Virus record (IMG/VR): IMGVR_UViG_3300037166_000075 | Strand: one strand, 5' to 3' | Length of the DNA: 20,000 nucleotides | DNA from: an uncultured virus (IMG/VR IMGVR_UViG_3300037166_000075) | Taxonomy: Duplodnaviria > Heunggongvirae > Uroviricota > Caudoviricetes | Shown: one piece after another, positions 8,346 through 15,992 of the stretch | Numbering within the stretch: the stretch's first letter is position 1 | Layout: each line of letters opens with the position of its first letter | Notes under the pieces: generated by a model | Told to the model about the DNA's origin: nothing | Database searches by the model: none | The model's input: only the letters and a program-made list of their open reading frames with translations | Program-made: the position numbers and the translations under genes

Positions 8346-8857
8346 TGAGTGACGATCTCGCGCAGGCGCGCAACCCGGAGCGGCGCACTGATCTACGGTG
8401 GGCGAGCGATGGAGCCGCGCCATCCGCACCCGAGACGGTTGACGCCCGCTACATCGTCAGCCGTCTGTCTGATGCTGGCCGGACGTTGCTCGCGCTCCCG
8501 GCCGGCCCTCACAACATCCACCTGCTGCACGCCTCTATGGAGGTCATGCGCATGGCGGTCGATGCCGCCGATGCGGATGCCGACCGCCTCCGCCCACGCC
8601 CTCCATCGGCAGGGTCGATCGACCTGATGGACGATGCGCTATCCTGGATCTCGCTCATTCCCCGTGACCGATATGTGCTGCGCCGGATCATCGGTTCCCG
8701 GTGCCTGGTTAGCCCGGTCACAGGGCGGCATCTGTATTCGTGGCGCCGACTGGGCACATTGCTTGGTGCTGACCACAAAGCCATCAAACGGTGGCACGAC
8801 CAAGGCATCGACATGATCGTCCGGGCGCTGAACCGGCGCGGCACGAGGAACGGGTGA
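8345..8857 (+). CDS. DUF6362-family protein with C-terminal HTH-like region
   Basis: RL.DAGRTLLALP...PSA..ID.MD.AL.WI...SWRRLG..LG.DHK.IKRWH..GI..I...LN. Confidence 0.75.
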   Translation: MSDDLAQARNPERRTDLRWASDGAAPSAPETVDARYIVSRLSDAGRTLLALPAGPHNIHLLHASMEVMRMAVDAADADADRLRPRPPSAGSIDLMDDALSWISLIPRDRYVLRRIIGSRCLVSPVTGRHLYSWRRLGTLLGADHKAIKRWHDQGIDMIVRALNRRGTRNG

Positions 8858-9222
8858 TGGTCGATCGTCCCATCATCTTCAGCGCGCCCATGATCCGCGC
8901 GCTGTCTGCCGGCCGGAAAACGCAGACGCGCCGGCTGGCAATTCAGCAGGTGAGGCGCCGGGTTCGGGTTGGCGAGCCGACGGTCGTGATCGTTGAACGG
9001 CCGTCGCCATGGCAGAGGGTCAAGCCTGGGGATCGCCTGTGGGTGCGAGAGGAATGGCGGGTTGGTCGTCGCTGGGATGCGACCAAGCCACGCAATCTCC
9101 CTCCACGCGCCATGACAGTGATGTTCGATGCTGGCGGTTCCGTCGCGAATGAAGGTATTGGCAAGGGCTGGCCCAAGGGCCGGCGGCCTGAAGCGACCCG
9201 AAATTGGGAAGAGAGAACATGA
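8857..9222 (+). pseudogene. ASCH/PUA-like phage protein, C-terminally truncated
   Basis: RPIIFSAPMIRAL..GRKTQTRR and PGDRLWVRE present; the usual downstream PSIHMPR..SR.TL....VERLQDI half is absent. Confidence 0.65.
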
Positions 9223-10571
9223 GAAACAGGACTGACCCACTTGAGGCGCGCGCCCGGGAACTGGCGATGGCGGCCGGGAAGAACCCGGATGACCGTGTCA
9301 CCGTTCCCGGTAAGCCGCGCGGCATGCCGACGTGGTGCCTGTACCGCGGCGATGCCCGCGTCGAGCAGAATGCCCGCGAGCAGTCTGCACTGGCAGCGGA
9401 GAACGCCAGTCTTCGCCCGCAGGCGCCGCAATACCAGGATGGCCCGCTTACCGTCCTCGGCGCACACGACTACGCCACCATCGAGCAGATGCGGAACTGC
9501 ATGAAGGTCGGCAACGTCGTGGCCGGCGTGATCTGTGCTGATGGCCATCTCGGCTATGCGCAGCCCGTTGGCGGCGTCGTTGCCTATGAGCGGCAGGTTT
9601 CCATCTCTGGCGTGGGATTCGACATCGGCTGCGGCAACATGGCCGTACGGCTCGACGTTCCGTTCTCGACCATCGAGGATCGGGTCGGCGCGATCATGGC
9701 CGACATTGCGCACGTCGTCTCATTCGGCATCGGACGGCCGAACGGCGAGAGAGTCGAGCACGAGCTGCTGGACGATACCGAAGCGTGGGCGGCCTCCGGG
9801 ATGGAGGAGTACCGGCCGAAGGCGGCGGCGCAGCTCGGCACGGTCGGTGGCGGCAACCACTACGTCGATCTGCTGCGCGACGAGAGCGGCCTGGTGTGGA
9901 TTGGGGTCCATTTCGGCTCGCGTGGCCTCGGCCACACCACCGCGACGAAGTACTTGAAGCTGGCGGGAGGCAAGGACGGCATGAACGTTCCGCCCGCCAT
10001 CGTGGACGAGGACTCCGACGTCGGGCGTGCCTACCTCGCCGCGATGAAGCTTGCCGGGCGCTACGCCTACGCCGGGCGGGAATGGGTGTGCGAGCGTGTC
10101 CGCCGGATCATTGGTGGAACCGTGACGGATACCGTGCACAACCACCACAACTATGCCTGGCGCGAGCGGCACGCCGATCGTGATCTCTGGGTTGTTCGCA
10201 AGGGCGCCACTCCCGCCTTCCCCGGCCAGCGTGGTTTCGTCGGTGGCTCCATGGGCGACGACGCCGTGATCCTTGAGGGCGTCGAGAGCGAGCAATCGAA
10301 GGCAGCGCTCTACTCCACGGTACACGGTGCCGGGCGCTTGTTCGGCAGGAAAGAAGCCAAGCGACGCTTCGCCCGGCCGGAGATGGACTCCTGGTTGCGC
10401 GAGCGCGGCGTCACGCTGATCGGCGGCGATCTCGACGAAAGCCCGATGGCCTATCGCCGGCTGCCGGATGTCCTGTCGGCGTGTGCCGACAGTGTCCGGG
10501 TGCTGCATACCCTGCGCCCGGTCGGCGTGGTCATGGCCGGGGAAGGCGAATTCGACCCCTGGAAGGACTGA
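9219..10571 (+). CDS. rtcB: RtcB-family RNA 3'-phosphate/5'-OH ligase
   Basis: DGHLGY..PVGG, GFDIGCG, LGTVGGGNHY, HFGSRG, HHNY, RKGATPA, STVHGAGR, DESPMAYR all intact. Confidence 0.95.
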   Translation: MRNRTDPLEARARELAMAAGKNPDDRVTVPGKPRGMPTWCLYRGDARVEQNAREQSALAAENASLRPQAPQYQDGPLTVLGAHDYATIEQMRNCMKVGNVVAGVICADGHLGYAQPVGGVVAYERQVSISGVGFDIGCGNMAVRLDVPFSTIEDRVGAIMADIAHVVSFGIGRPNGERVEHELLDDTEAWAASGMEEYRPKAAAQLGTVGGGNHYVDLLRDESGLVWIGVHFGSRGLGHTTATKYLKLAGGKDGMNVPPAIVDEDSDVGRAYLAAMKLAGRYAYAGREWVCERVRRIIGGTVTDTVHNHHNYAWRERHADRDLWVVRKGATPAFPGQRGFVGGSMGDDAVILEGVESEQSKAALYSTVHGAGRLFGRKEAKRRFARPEMDSWLRERGVTLIGGDLDESPMAYRRLPDVLSACADSVRVLHTLRPVGVVMAGEGEFDPWKD

Positions 10572-10640
10572 CGGCCTAGCGCTGCTCAGCGAGCTTCCCG
10601 ATGGCCTGCCGCAATTCCGCGGCAGTTGGAAACAAGGGAC

Positions 10641-10763
10641 ATGAGAGTGTTTAACGACCAAGCGATCGAGGCCGAGATCAAGACCAAGGGACTGAATGCC
10701 CCGCGTCTATCTCCGGACAAGATCGACGCCGTGATCGTCGGCGAGGACTACCACGTCTTTCCC
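10641..10763 (+). pseudogene. N-terminal fragment of Phage Gp49/Gp66-family protein
   Basis: NDQAIEAEIKTKGLNAPRLSPDKIDAVIVGEDYHVFP matches the family N-terminus; the conserved C.LTL.NGF.V.GESAC core does not follow. Confidence 0.7.
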
Positions 10764-10844
10764 GACCCCCGCGAGCCGATTGCGGCTCGCGATCAGGTCT
10801 TAGGTGGTCGTGGGGGCAACCCCGCGGCCGTCATCGTGTCGGGA
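10760..10844 (+). other. predicted three-way-junction structured element (candidate ncRNA or terminator complex)
   Basis: Closing stem TCCCGAC 10760-66 / GTCGGGA 10838-44; 9-bp hairpin 10770-91; 13-bp hairpin 10803-32 with GCAA tetraloop and four G-U pairs on the + strand. Confidence 0.5.
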
Positions 10845-10861
10845 CATCAGCCTCCGTCATG

Positions 10862-11272
10862 TCAGGGCCGCAGGCAGCCACGCACGATCGGAGCGCAGAC
10901 CGCATCGTGCCCGGTAATGCCGTCATCAGCACCCGCATAGCGCAGGGACACCACATGCCAGTCTCGCAACGTTGCTATGGCGCGGCAGTCACCGGAGGTG
11001 CTCAGGGATGTGGACCCGGCGCCTGCCAGACTGATCGGCAGTGATACAGGCAGCAACGCCAAATCGGCGAGCGGCAACGCCATGCTGCGCGATGGTTCGA
11101 CATAGCTCCACATCGCCACCGTCGTGCCGTCGCGGACGTCCGCCTTGTCGGGCGGCCCCATGCACTGCTCAAGGTCCGCGAGCGTGTGGCCTGGTGCCCA
11201 TGTCCGGGCCTCGCGAGCCTGCTGCGCGCCGCAGGATGCCAGAAAGAGGCAAAAAATCAGCGCCAGCCGCAT
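10862..11272 (-). CDS. lipoprotein (SmpA/OmlA-like signature), possible superinfection-exclusion factor
   Basis: MRLALIFCLFLASC lipobox; L..CMGPPD....WSY motif; lone antisense gene. Confidence 0.7.
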   Translation of the reverse strand: MRLALIFCLFLASCGAQQAREARTWAPGHTLADLEQCMGPPDKADVRDGTTVAMWSYVEPSRSMALPLADLALLPVSLPISLAGAGSTSLSTSGDCRAIATLRDWHVVSLRYAGADDGITGHDAVCAPIVRGCLRP

Positions 11273-11279
11273 TTTCCCA

Positions 11280-11312
11280 TTGACGTGCATTGGGGTGTCC
11301 TATATATAGGAC
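11280..11312 (+). promoter_or_regulatory. sigma70-type promoter with overlapping 16-bp palindromic operator
   Basis: TTGACG (11280-85)-N17-TATATA (11303-08); perfect palindrome GTCCTATATATAGGAC 11297-11312. Confidence 0.7.
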
Positions 11313-11363
11313 GGCATAGAGCCGGTCACAGGACCGCTCGGAAGGTCAGCAAGGACCGCCGCC

Positions 11364-11597
11364 ATGATGGATCAGAAAATTCTCGCCAAGTTCGTCGATC
11401 GGGCCGCCGACCGCGCCGACATGATCGACCGCGAGCCAGCCAGCCCGAAGCAGTGCTGGTTCCTGGCCGGCCTGATCGTGAAAGGCGGCGACGAGACACA
11501 GGCAAGCGAGTTCGTTCTGAACACCAGCCTTGTTCTCACGAAACGCATCGCTTCCGGCATGATCGATGGCTATCTGAGCACGCGGAGGGCCGCGTGA
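11364..11597 (+). CDS. small hypothetical protein, first gene of moron
   Basis: AAGGA RBS; contains PASPKQCWFLAGL motif; TGATG overlap with next gene. Confidence 0.7.
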   Translation: MMDQKILAKFVDRAADRADMIDREPASPKQCWFLAGLIVKGGDETQASEFVLNTSLVLTKRIASGMIDGYLSTRRAA

Positions 11598-11983
11598 TGG
11601 ACGACTTCTCAAGTCCATGCACTGGCGATGTGGTCGCCGGCGATACGATCCGGTTCTCGGAGGGCGTATTCGGTGGCTCCTTTCGGCGCTCGCAGTTCCT
11701 GGGCGAGCGCCTCGTCGAGGCGCGGGTTATTCGTGAAAGCTACGGCGCCGACCGACAGCAACACACGTTCACGCTGGGGGTTCTGGCATCTTCCGGCGTC
11801 GAGCCGCTGGCGGCTGGAACGACGATCCGACGCAAGGGCCGGAACGTGTATCGAAACGGTACATGGCGCCAGCCCTGGCCAGATGAAGCCGCGCGGCGGC
11901 TGGTGGCCAGCGAGAAGCATGCTCGGGGCGATGTAGCGCGGGCCGTCCGGCAGGCGCGGCGGGAGGAATACGACGGATACTAA
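11597..11983 (+). CDS. homologue of the conserved domain of plant SAP/CCCH zinc-finger protein 62 (DUF7699-like)
   Basis: CTGDV...ESYGA.RQQHTFT..VL.S.G..PL......KGRN.YR..T.RQ.W.DE..R.....EKH.RG..AR, recalled from the plant family; GGAGG RBS. Confidence 0.65.
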   Translation: MDDFSSPCTGDVVAGDTIRFSEGVFGGSFRRSQFLGERLVEARVIRESYGADRQQHTFTLGVLASSGVEPLAAGTTIRRKGRNVYRNGTWRQPWPDEAARRLVASEKHARGDVARAVRQARREEYDGY

Positions 11984-12443
11984 CGAACTGCACGCCTGTG
12001 GCATGGCGCTCTACGGGCCCGAGTGGCAGTCGCCGCTTGCCCGCGCGCTGGGTGTGAACGCCCGCTCCATTCGATTCTGGGCGTCGGGTTCCCGGCCGAT
12101 TCCGGAGGAGATTGCGGCAAAAATCCGCAACCTGATGGGCGTTGCCGATCCGCTCGACCTGGATCAGCGGCATCCGTTCGACGACTGGATTCTCGGCGAT
12201 GGCGCGAGCGATAGGGAATACCTTATCCACACGCGTCGGCCGCGTTTCATCGCTCGCATCGCTGCGGATGACATGGAATCCGACGACGCTGCTGATCGCA
12301 GCAGCGGAGTGACTTTCCATGGCGGCGGAGATTCGGGCTACACGCTCTGCGAGATCGTCTGGATCGATGCCCCGCCGGGGGCGGGCGAGATGGTGCGTCT
12401 TATGGAAAGCGCGTGCGACGCGGTGGACGCGAGTGTCGAATAG
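11973..12443 (+). CDS. XRE/Cro-like HTH protein with additional C-terminal domain
   Basis: LYGPEWQSPLARALGVNARSIRFWASGSRPIP HTH; GGAGGA RBS at 11962-67 points to an ACG at 11973; first ATG is 12003. Confidence 0.75.
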   Translation, partial: TDTNELHACGMALYGPEWQSPLARALGVNARSIRFWASGSRPIPEEIAAKIRNLMGVADPLDLDQRHPFDDWILGDGASDREYLIHTRRPRFIARIAADDMESDDAADRSSGVTFHGGGDSGYTLCEIVWIDAPPGAGEMVRLMESACDAVDASVE

Positions 12444-12449
12444 CGTCCG

Positions 12450-12770
12450 TTACAGTACCAAAACGGAGAGTGCGAGAATGAGCCATCGTGCTGCCCACAC
12501 GATTGTCCTGATGGCGACGGCAAAGCAGATGCCGGCGCGGACGTACACCCACCACGGCGACGGTGCGTTCGTAAACTGCAGCTCGCAATGATCGCGCTGG
12601 ACAGCCCACGACAGGAACCAGCACATGACGCGTGCCCACCGCTTGCCCTGCCGATTTGCGACGGCGCAGCGCAGCGAGACGGTCTGGTTCGGCAGGCCGC
12701 CAGCGAGCGCGTTGATTTCCTCGTCCGTCATCACGCCGACGGTCTCGGCGTAACGCTAAATCTCGTTCAT
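12450..12770 (-). pseudogene. phage membrane protein, paralogue of 13515..13964, with in-frame TAG at codon 5
   Basis: ATGA-coupled start at 12770, TAG at 12756-58, then same frame as ORF 12450..12734; DEEINALAGG.P.QTVS.R...W....C......DHC plus C-terminal TM. Confidence 0.55.
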
Positions 12771-13525
12771 GCCGCAATCGCCCCCAGCGCCGCATCAAGC
12801 CCGTCGAAATCCAGGTGCGTGGGCGATACCGCCGAGGTGTTCAGCCAGTCGCGGTTGAGCAGCGCGTAGGCTTCTTCGCAGTACTTCTGCCAGAACGCCC
12901 ACGTCATCCGCTGCACCGTGTCCCAGGTGATGCAGGCCAGGCCGTCCTGATCGTAGTCGGTCACCCATACGGCGTGACCGCCCCAAGTTCCGGGTGCGCT
13001 GCCGACGTCCCACACCGGCTGATTCTGGGCGCTATCGGGCAGCAGCAGCCCGACGTAGAGGCCGCCGAAGTGATAGATGGCCTCGCGCACGTCGGCGTCG
13101 TTGCCTGGTTGCAGCGCCGCCCACAGAGTCACGTCCTCGTCCTGCCGCCCAATGTCCCAACCATGCCGCGACCAAGCGCCGAGCACGTCGGTCTCGACGG
13201 CACCCTGGTCGGTCGCCGGCTTGCCGGGCCGATAGCCGGATTGGCCGTAGCGCGCCTCGACGATGGCGTCGGCCACGCGCCAGAGCGCGCCGTTCGCGGC
13301 GGTCCACGTCTGGATCGCGTTCGCCGCTGCCGCAATGGTGCAGTCGCCGATGGCGTCGTTGAGGTGCATTCCCCATTCGGAGATAATGCCGCTGCGCTTG
13401 CACGTAGGCGGCGGAGGCGGCAGCGCACGCCGCCGGAAGTCCGCCAGCTTCGGCACGATCATGCCTGCGTGAGGCGGCCGACGGCCGAGCTTGACGAGAC
13501 GATGATCAGGAAAATCAAGCATCAA
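12767..13525 (-). CDS. papain-like cysteine peptidase/amidase
   Basis: ND.IGDCTIAA (catalytic Cys), WGGHAV (His), ITW; MTW.FW.KYCEEAYA. Confidence 0.7.
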   Translation of the reverse strand: MMLDFPDHRLVKLGRRPPHAGMIVPKLADFRRRALPPPPPTCKRSGIISEWGMHLNDAIGDCTIAAAANAIQTWTAANGALWRVADAIVEARYGQSGYRPGKPATDQGAVETDVLGAWSRHGWDIGRQDEDVTLWAALQPGNDADVREAIYHFGGLYVGLLLPDSAQNQPVWDVGSAPGTWGGHAVWVTDYDQDGLACITWDTVQRMTWAFWQKYCEEAYALLNRDWLNTSAVSPTHLDFDGLDAALGAIAA

Positions 13526-13964
13526 CGTCTCCTTTGCCGGCTGATTTTTTCAACTCGTACAACACGATCTCCAGCGGCTCCCCGCTCCACCGCCAGATGC
13601 GATACCCGCTAGGAGTCCCCGGAGTAATCGCCCAAGTGCAGTGATCCTGGGTCGAGCCGACGAGTCGTCCCGCCATAGTCAAAAGCGTGCATGCGATGCG
13701 AGCCAACCATCCCCACGGCTTGCCACCGTCCTTGCGGCACCATGCAGTACGTTGCGATACAGTTTCGTATGGCGCCCCCAGCAAAACGGTATTCAATGCC
13801 TCGTCGTCCAGGATCAGCGCGTTGATGCCAAACCTTCGGTCGATCAGGGTTAGGAACGCCGCCGCGACGGTCCACGCCGCCAGAATCGGCACGATAATAA
13901 CCCCGACTAGCAGAACGAATAGAGCAAGCACTACGTGGTCAAGAATGTTTTTCAACGCGGGCAT
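13515..13964 (-). CDS. conserved phage membrane protein
   Basis: N-terminal hydrophobic segments; DEALNTVLLG.PYETVSQR...C.LL...DHC motif. Confidence 0.65.
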   Translation of the reverse strand: MPALKNILDHVVLALFVLLVGVIIVPILAAWTVAAAFLTLIDRRFGINALILDDEALNTVLLGAPYETVSQRTAWCRKDGGKPWGWLARIACTLLTMAGRLVGSTQDHCTWAITPGTPSGYRIWRWSGEPLEIVLYELKKSAGKGDVDA

Positions 13965-13968
13965 GCCC

Positions 13969-14253
13969 TTACCAGCGCCCAGCACGCAGCGTCCCCTCCA
14001 CTGATGCCTCGCGATTTTCCAGAGTAGACAAATTTTGTGATTCTTCCGGCCGCCATCCGCATACTGCCGCTCCGTGCTTGTCATGCGCCAGCACCTGCCG
14101 TACCAAGCCGGGAGACATCGCCCCGATATCCGACGCCGCAGGTCGGATCGGTTCCCATCCGGCGCACGGGTCGGGACAGCTAGCGACTACGGCTGGCCCA
14201 GTTGAACAACTCGCGGCGATCGGCAGTATCGCTAGCAGCAGCCACCGCGTCAT
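13969..14253 (-). CDS. Rz1-like outer-membrane spanin (lipoprotein)
   Basis: MTRWLLLAILPIAASC lipobox; CAGWEPI...Q.LAH...G..VCGW; overlaps the upstream i-spanin in another frame. Confidence 0.75.
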   Translation of the reverse strand: MTRWLLLAILPIAASCSTGPAVVASCPDPCAGWEPIRPAASDIGAMSPGLVRQVLAHDKHGAAVCGWRPEESQNLSTLENREASVEGTLRAGRW

Positions 14254-14398
14254 CGGTCTTCTCCCTATCCTCCAGAGCGACCACCGTCGCGGTGGTCTGC
14301 GCTTGCTTGTCCACTGCGCTCTGTGCCGCGTCGCCGGCACGATACCCGGCGAGGTAGAGCAGGAACGCCTTGATTTTGGCCCAAAGCGTGAGCATCAA
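14180..14398 (-). CDS. Rz-like inner-membrane spanin
   Basis: N-terminal hydrophobic segment then short helical periplasmic region; overlapping arrangement with the lipoprotein gene. Confidence 0.65.
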   Translation of the reverse strand: MMLTLWAKIKAFLLYLAGYRAGDAAQSAVDKQAQTTATVVALEDREKTDDAVAAASDTADRRELFNWASRSR

Positions 14399-14967
14399 TG
14401 CCCGGCCGGGAGGCCAACGGCGCGGAACATGGCGGCCTCGGACATCGGAGCCGTCGCGGGAGCCTTGACCGAGCTGACGGACGAGATCAGTGATTGCAGC
14501 AAATTGTATGCGGTAGCCACTGCGTTGATCACGGTGGCGACGGTGGATGCGTCAGCCGATGACAGCTTAGCTTCGATCGGTGCGACGCTCTCCTGCATAT
14601 CGGTCAGGACCGTGCCGACATCGGCGAGCACGGAGTCGAATGCCGCCTTGGCGCCGGTGCCGTCGTAGGTGAAGGTCAGGCTGCCGCTGGTGGCTGTGTC
14701 GAGCGCCTTGAGCGTGCCAGCCAGCGCCGTGCTGGCGGCATTGATGATCACGATGGCGGGGGCGCCGATGACGGACGCGACCGCTGCGATGGACAGCATC
14801 GTCGCGACAGCGGAAATTCCGACCTGAGCGTAGGAGTCCACGGTCTTGGTGTTGATCGTGACGGTGGTCACGCCATTGGTCGTGGTGGTGGTGCATGCCG
14901 CGAGACCGGCGGCTGTCAGGATCGCGGCGGTAGAGATGCCCCCGAGGCCGCGGCGAGAGAGGTTCAT
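14395..14967 (-). CDS. Ala/Thr-rich lipoprotein with twin-arginine-like signal
   Basis: MNLSRRGL...GLAAC; AAGGA RBS; ATGA overlaps on both sides. Confidence 0.75.
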   Translation of the reverse strand: MNLSRRGLGGISTAAILTAAGLAACTTTTTNGVTTVTINTKTVDSYAQVGISAVATMLSIAAVASVIGAPAIVIINAASTALAGTLKALDTATSGSLTFTYDGTGAKAAFDSVLADVGTVLTDMQESVAPIEAKLSSADASTVATVINAVATAYNLLQSLISSVSSVKAPATAPMSEAAMFRAVGLPAGH

Positions 14968-15386
14968 GAATTTTGTCCTTTGATGGTTTCAGCAATCTTC
15001 GTCTGGCCGACGACGAGTTCAGTATGGTTTTCTGCCGACACTGCATCGACGTGAGTATCGCGGGCGACTTGAGTCGTCTGCGCAGTCTTGATAGCCTGAA
15101 CGTCGTGCGCAACGGCCGCAATGTCCGCCATGATGCTAGACGCAGCAGCCCAATTTTTTGTCGCCACGGCGGCAATCATGTCGCCGGCCAACTTGTTCAT
15201 GTCGGCCTGGGTAGTCGGCGCCTCCGGCAGCACCATGGCGATGGCGCCGAAAACTGCCGCCGCAACCCCATGCGCCATTATAGCGTTGCCGTTCACCAGA
15301 TAGGTGACAACGCCGGCGGCAGTGCCGACGAAAAGACTGATACCGATGATGGTAGAGGGCTGCTGCACCCACGTTTTGAAACTCAA
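14964..15386 (-). CDS. putative holin (2 TM)
   Basis: CAGGAG RBS with TTG start; W.QQPST..G followed by two hydrophobic helices; directly downstream of the endolysin. Confidence 0.6.
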   Translation of the reverse strand: MSFKTWVQQPSTIIGISLFVGTAAGVVTYLVNGNAIMAHGVAAAVFGAIAMVLPEAPTTQADMNKLAGDMIAAVATKNWAAASSIMADIAAVAHDVQAIKTAQTTQVARDTHVDAVSAENHTELVVGQTKIAETIKGQNS

Positions 15387-15403
15387 TGGATTCTCCTGTT
15401 GTT

Positions 15404-15991
15404 TCAAGTTTGAGACACGGCACCGATCGGAGCGATAGAAGCCGCTGCGGCCAATTTGATCGCCAGTGCTGTGCAGATGTTTAGGCGGGCAAGCCAACCA
15501 TTGCCATCCTCCGGGAATTTCCGATCACTGCGGTAATCGGCTTCCATCTTGTTGCGAATCTTGATAATGGACTGCCCTGGGGTTCCAAATCCCCTGAGCG
15601 CCAGAAGTGTGATCGGACCAATTTTCCCATCCACTCGGACGTCCAACATTCTCTGCAAGAGTATCGCGGCTGTCTCAGGACCGGCGTTGAGGGCGTGATC
15701 CGACAGCAGCACGTCCACGCCTGCCGGAAGGCCATCTCCGTTCACCACATTCCAGTAGTTCTCGTGAGAAATCTCCTTGATTTCTGACAGCCGAAGAAGA
15801 TCGCGCATGTCGTCGGCGGTTAGGGTCTGGTCGTGACGCCAATCGCGCCATTCAGACAACTCGATGCCACGCCACGTCGGATTTTCCCGCGAGGGATCGT
15901 CGGCATTGAAGCCCCCCTCCTTGCCTCCTGGTGAGGTTTCGCTGACGCCGAATGCAAATTCACACCATGGATCAAACGATGATGCCGCCAT
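15404..15991 (-). CDS. endolysin, glycoside hydrolase family 108 with PG-binding domain
   Basis: EGGF..D....T.RGI, YW....GD.LP.GVD..L.D...NAG, LQR.L.V.VDGKIGP.TL, GWLAR. Confidence 0.9.
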   Translation of the reverse strand: MAASSFDPWCEFAFGVSETSPGGKEGGFNADDPSRENPTWRGIELSEWRDWRHDQTLTADDMRDLLRLSEIKEISHENYWNVVNGDGLPAGVDVLLSDHALNAGPETAAILLQRMLDVRVDGKIGPITLLALRGFGTPGQSIIKIRNKMEADYRSDRKFPEDGNGWLARLNICTALAIKLAAAASIAPIGAVSQT

Positions 15992-15992
15992 A

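Noticed and set aside
10606..10625. Intrinsic terminator after rtcB (CTGCCGC/GCGGCAG)
   Set aside because: 7-bp stem is present but has no U-tract; function unsupported
10735..10865. Hammerhead ribozyme on the - strand (CUGAUG...stem...GAAA)
   Set aside because: The core reads CUGAUGUC rather than CUGANGA, and no properly placed UH cleavage site or clean stem I can be formed
10764..10940. C-terminal part of the 104-aa ORF as real protein
   Set aside because: Gp49 similarity ends at FP; the rest runs through the hairpins and antisense to the lipoprotein gene
12756..12758. TAG stop-codon reassignment
   Set aside because: Other genes end normally in TAG (604, 8238, 12443); a single nonsense change is simpler
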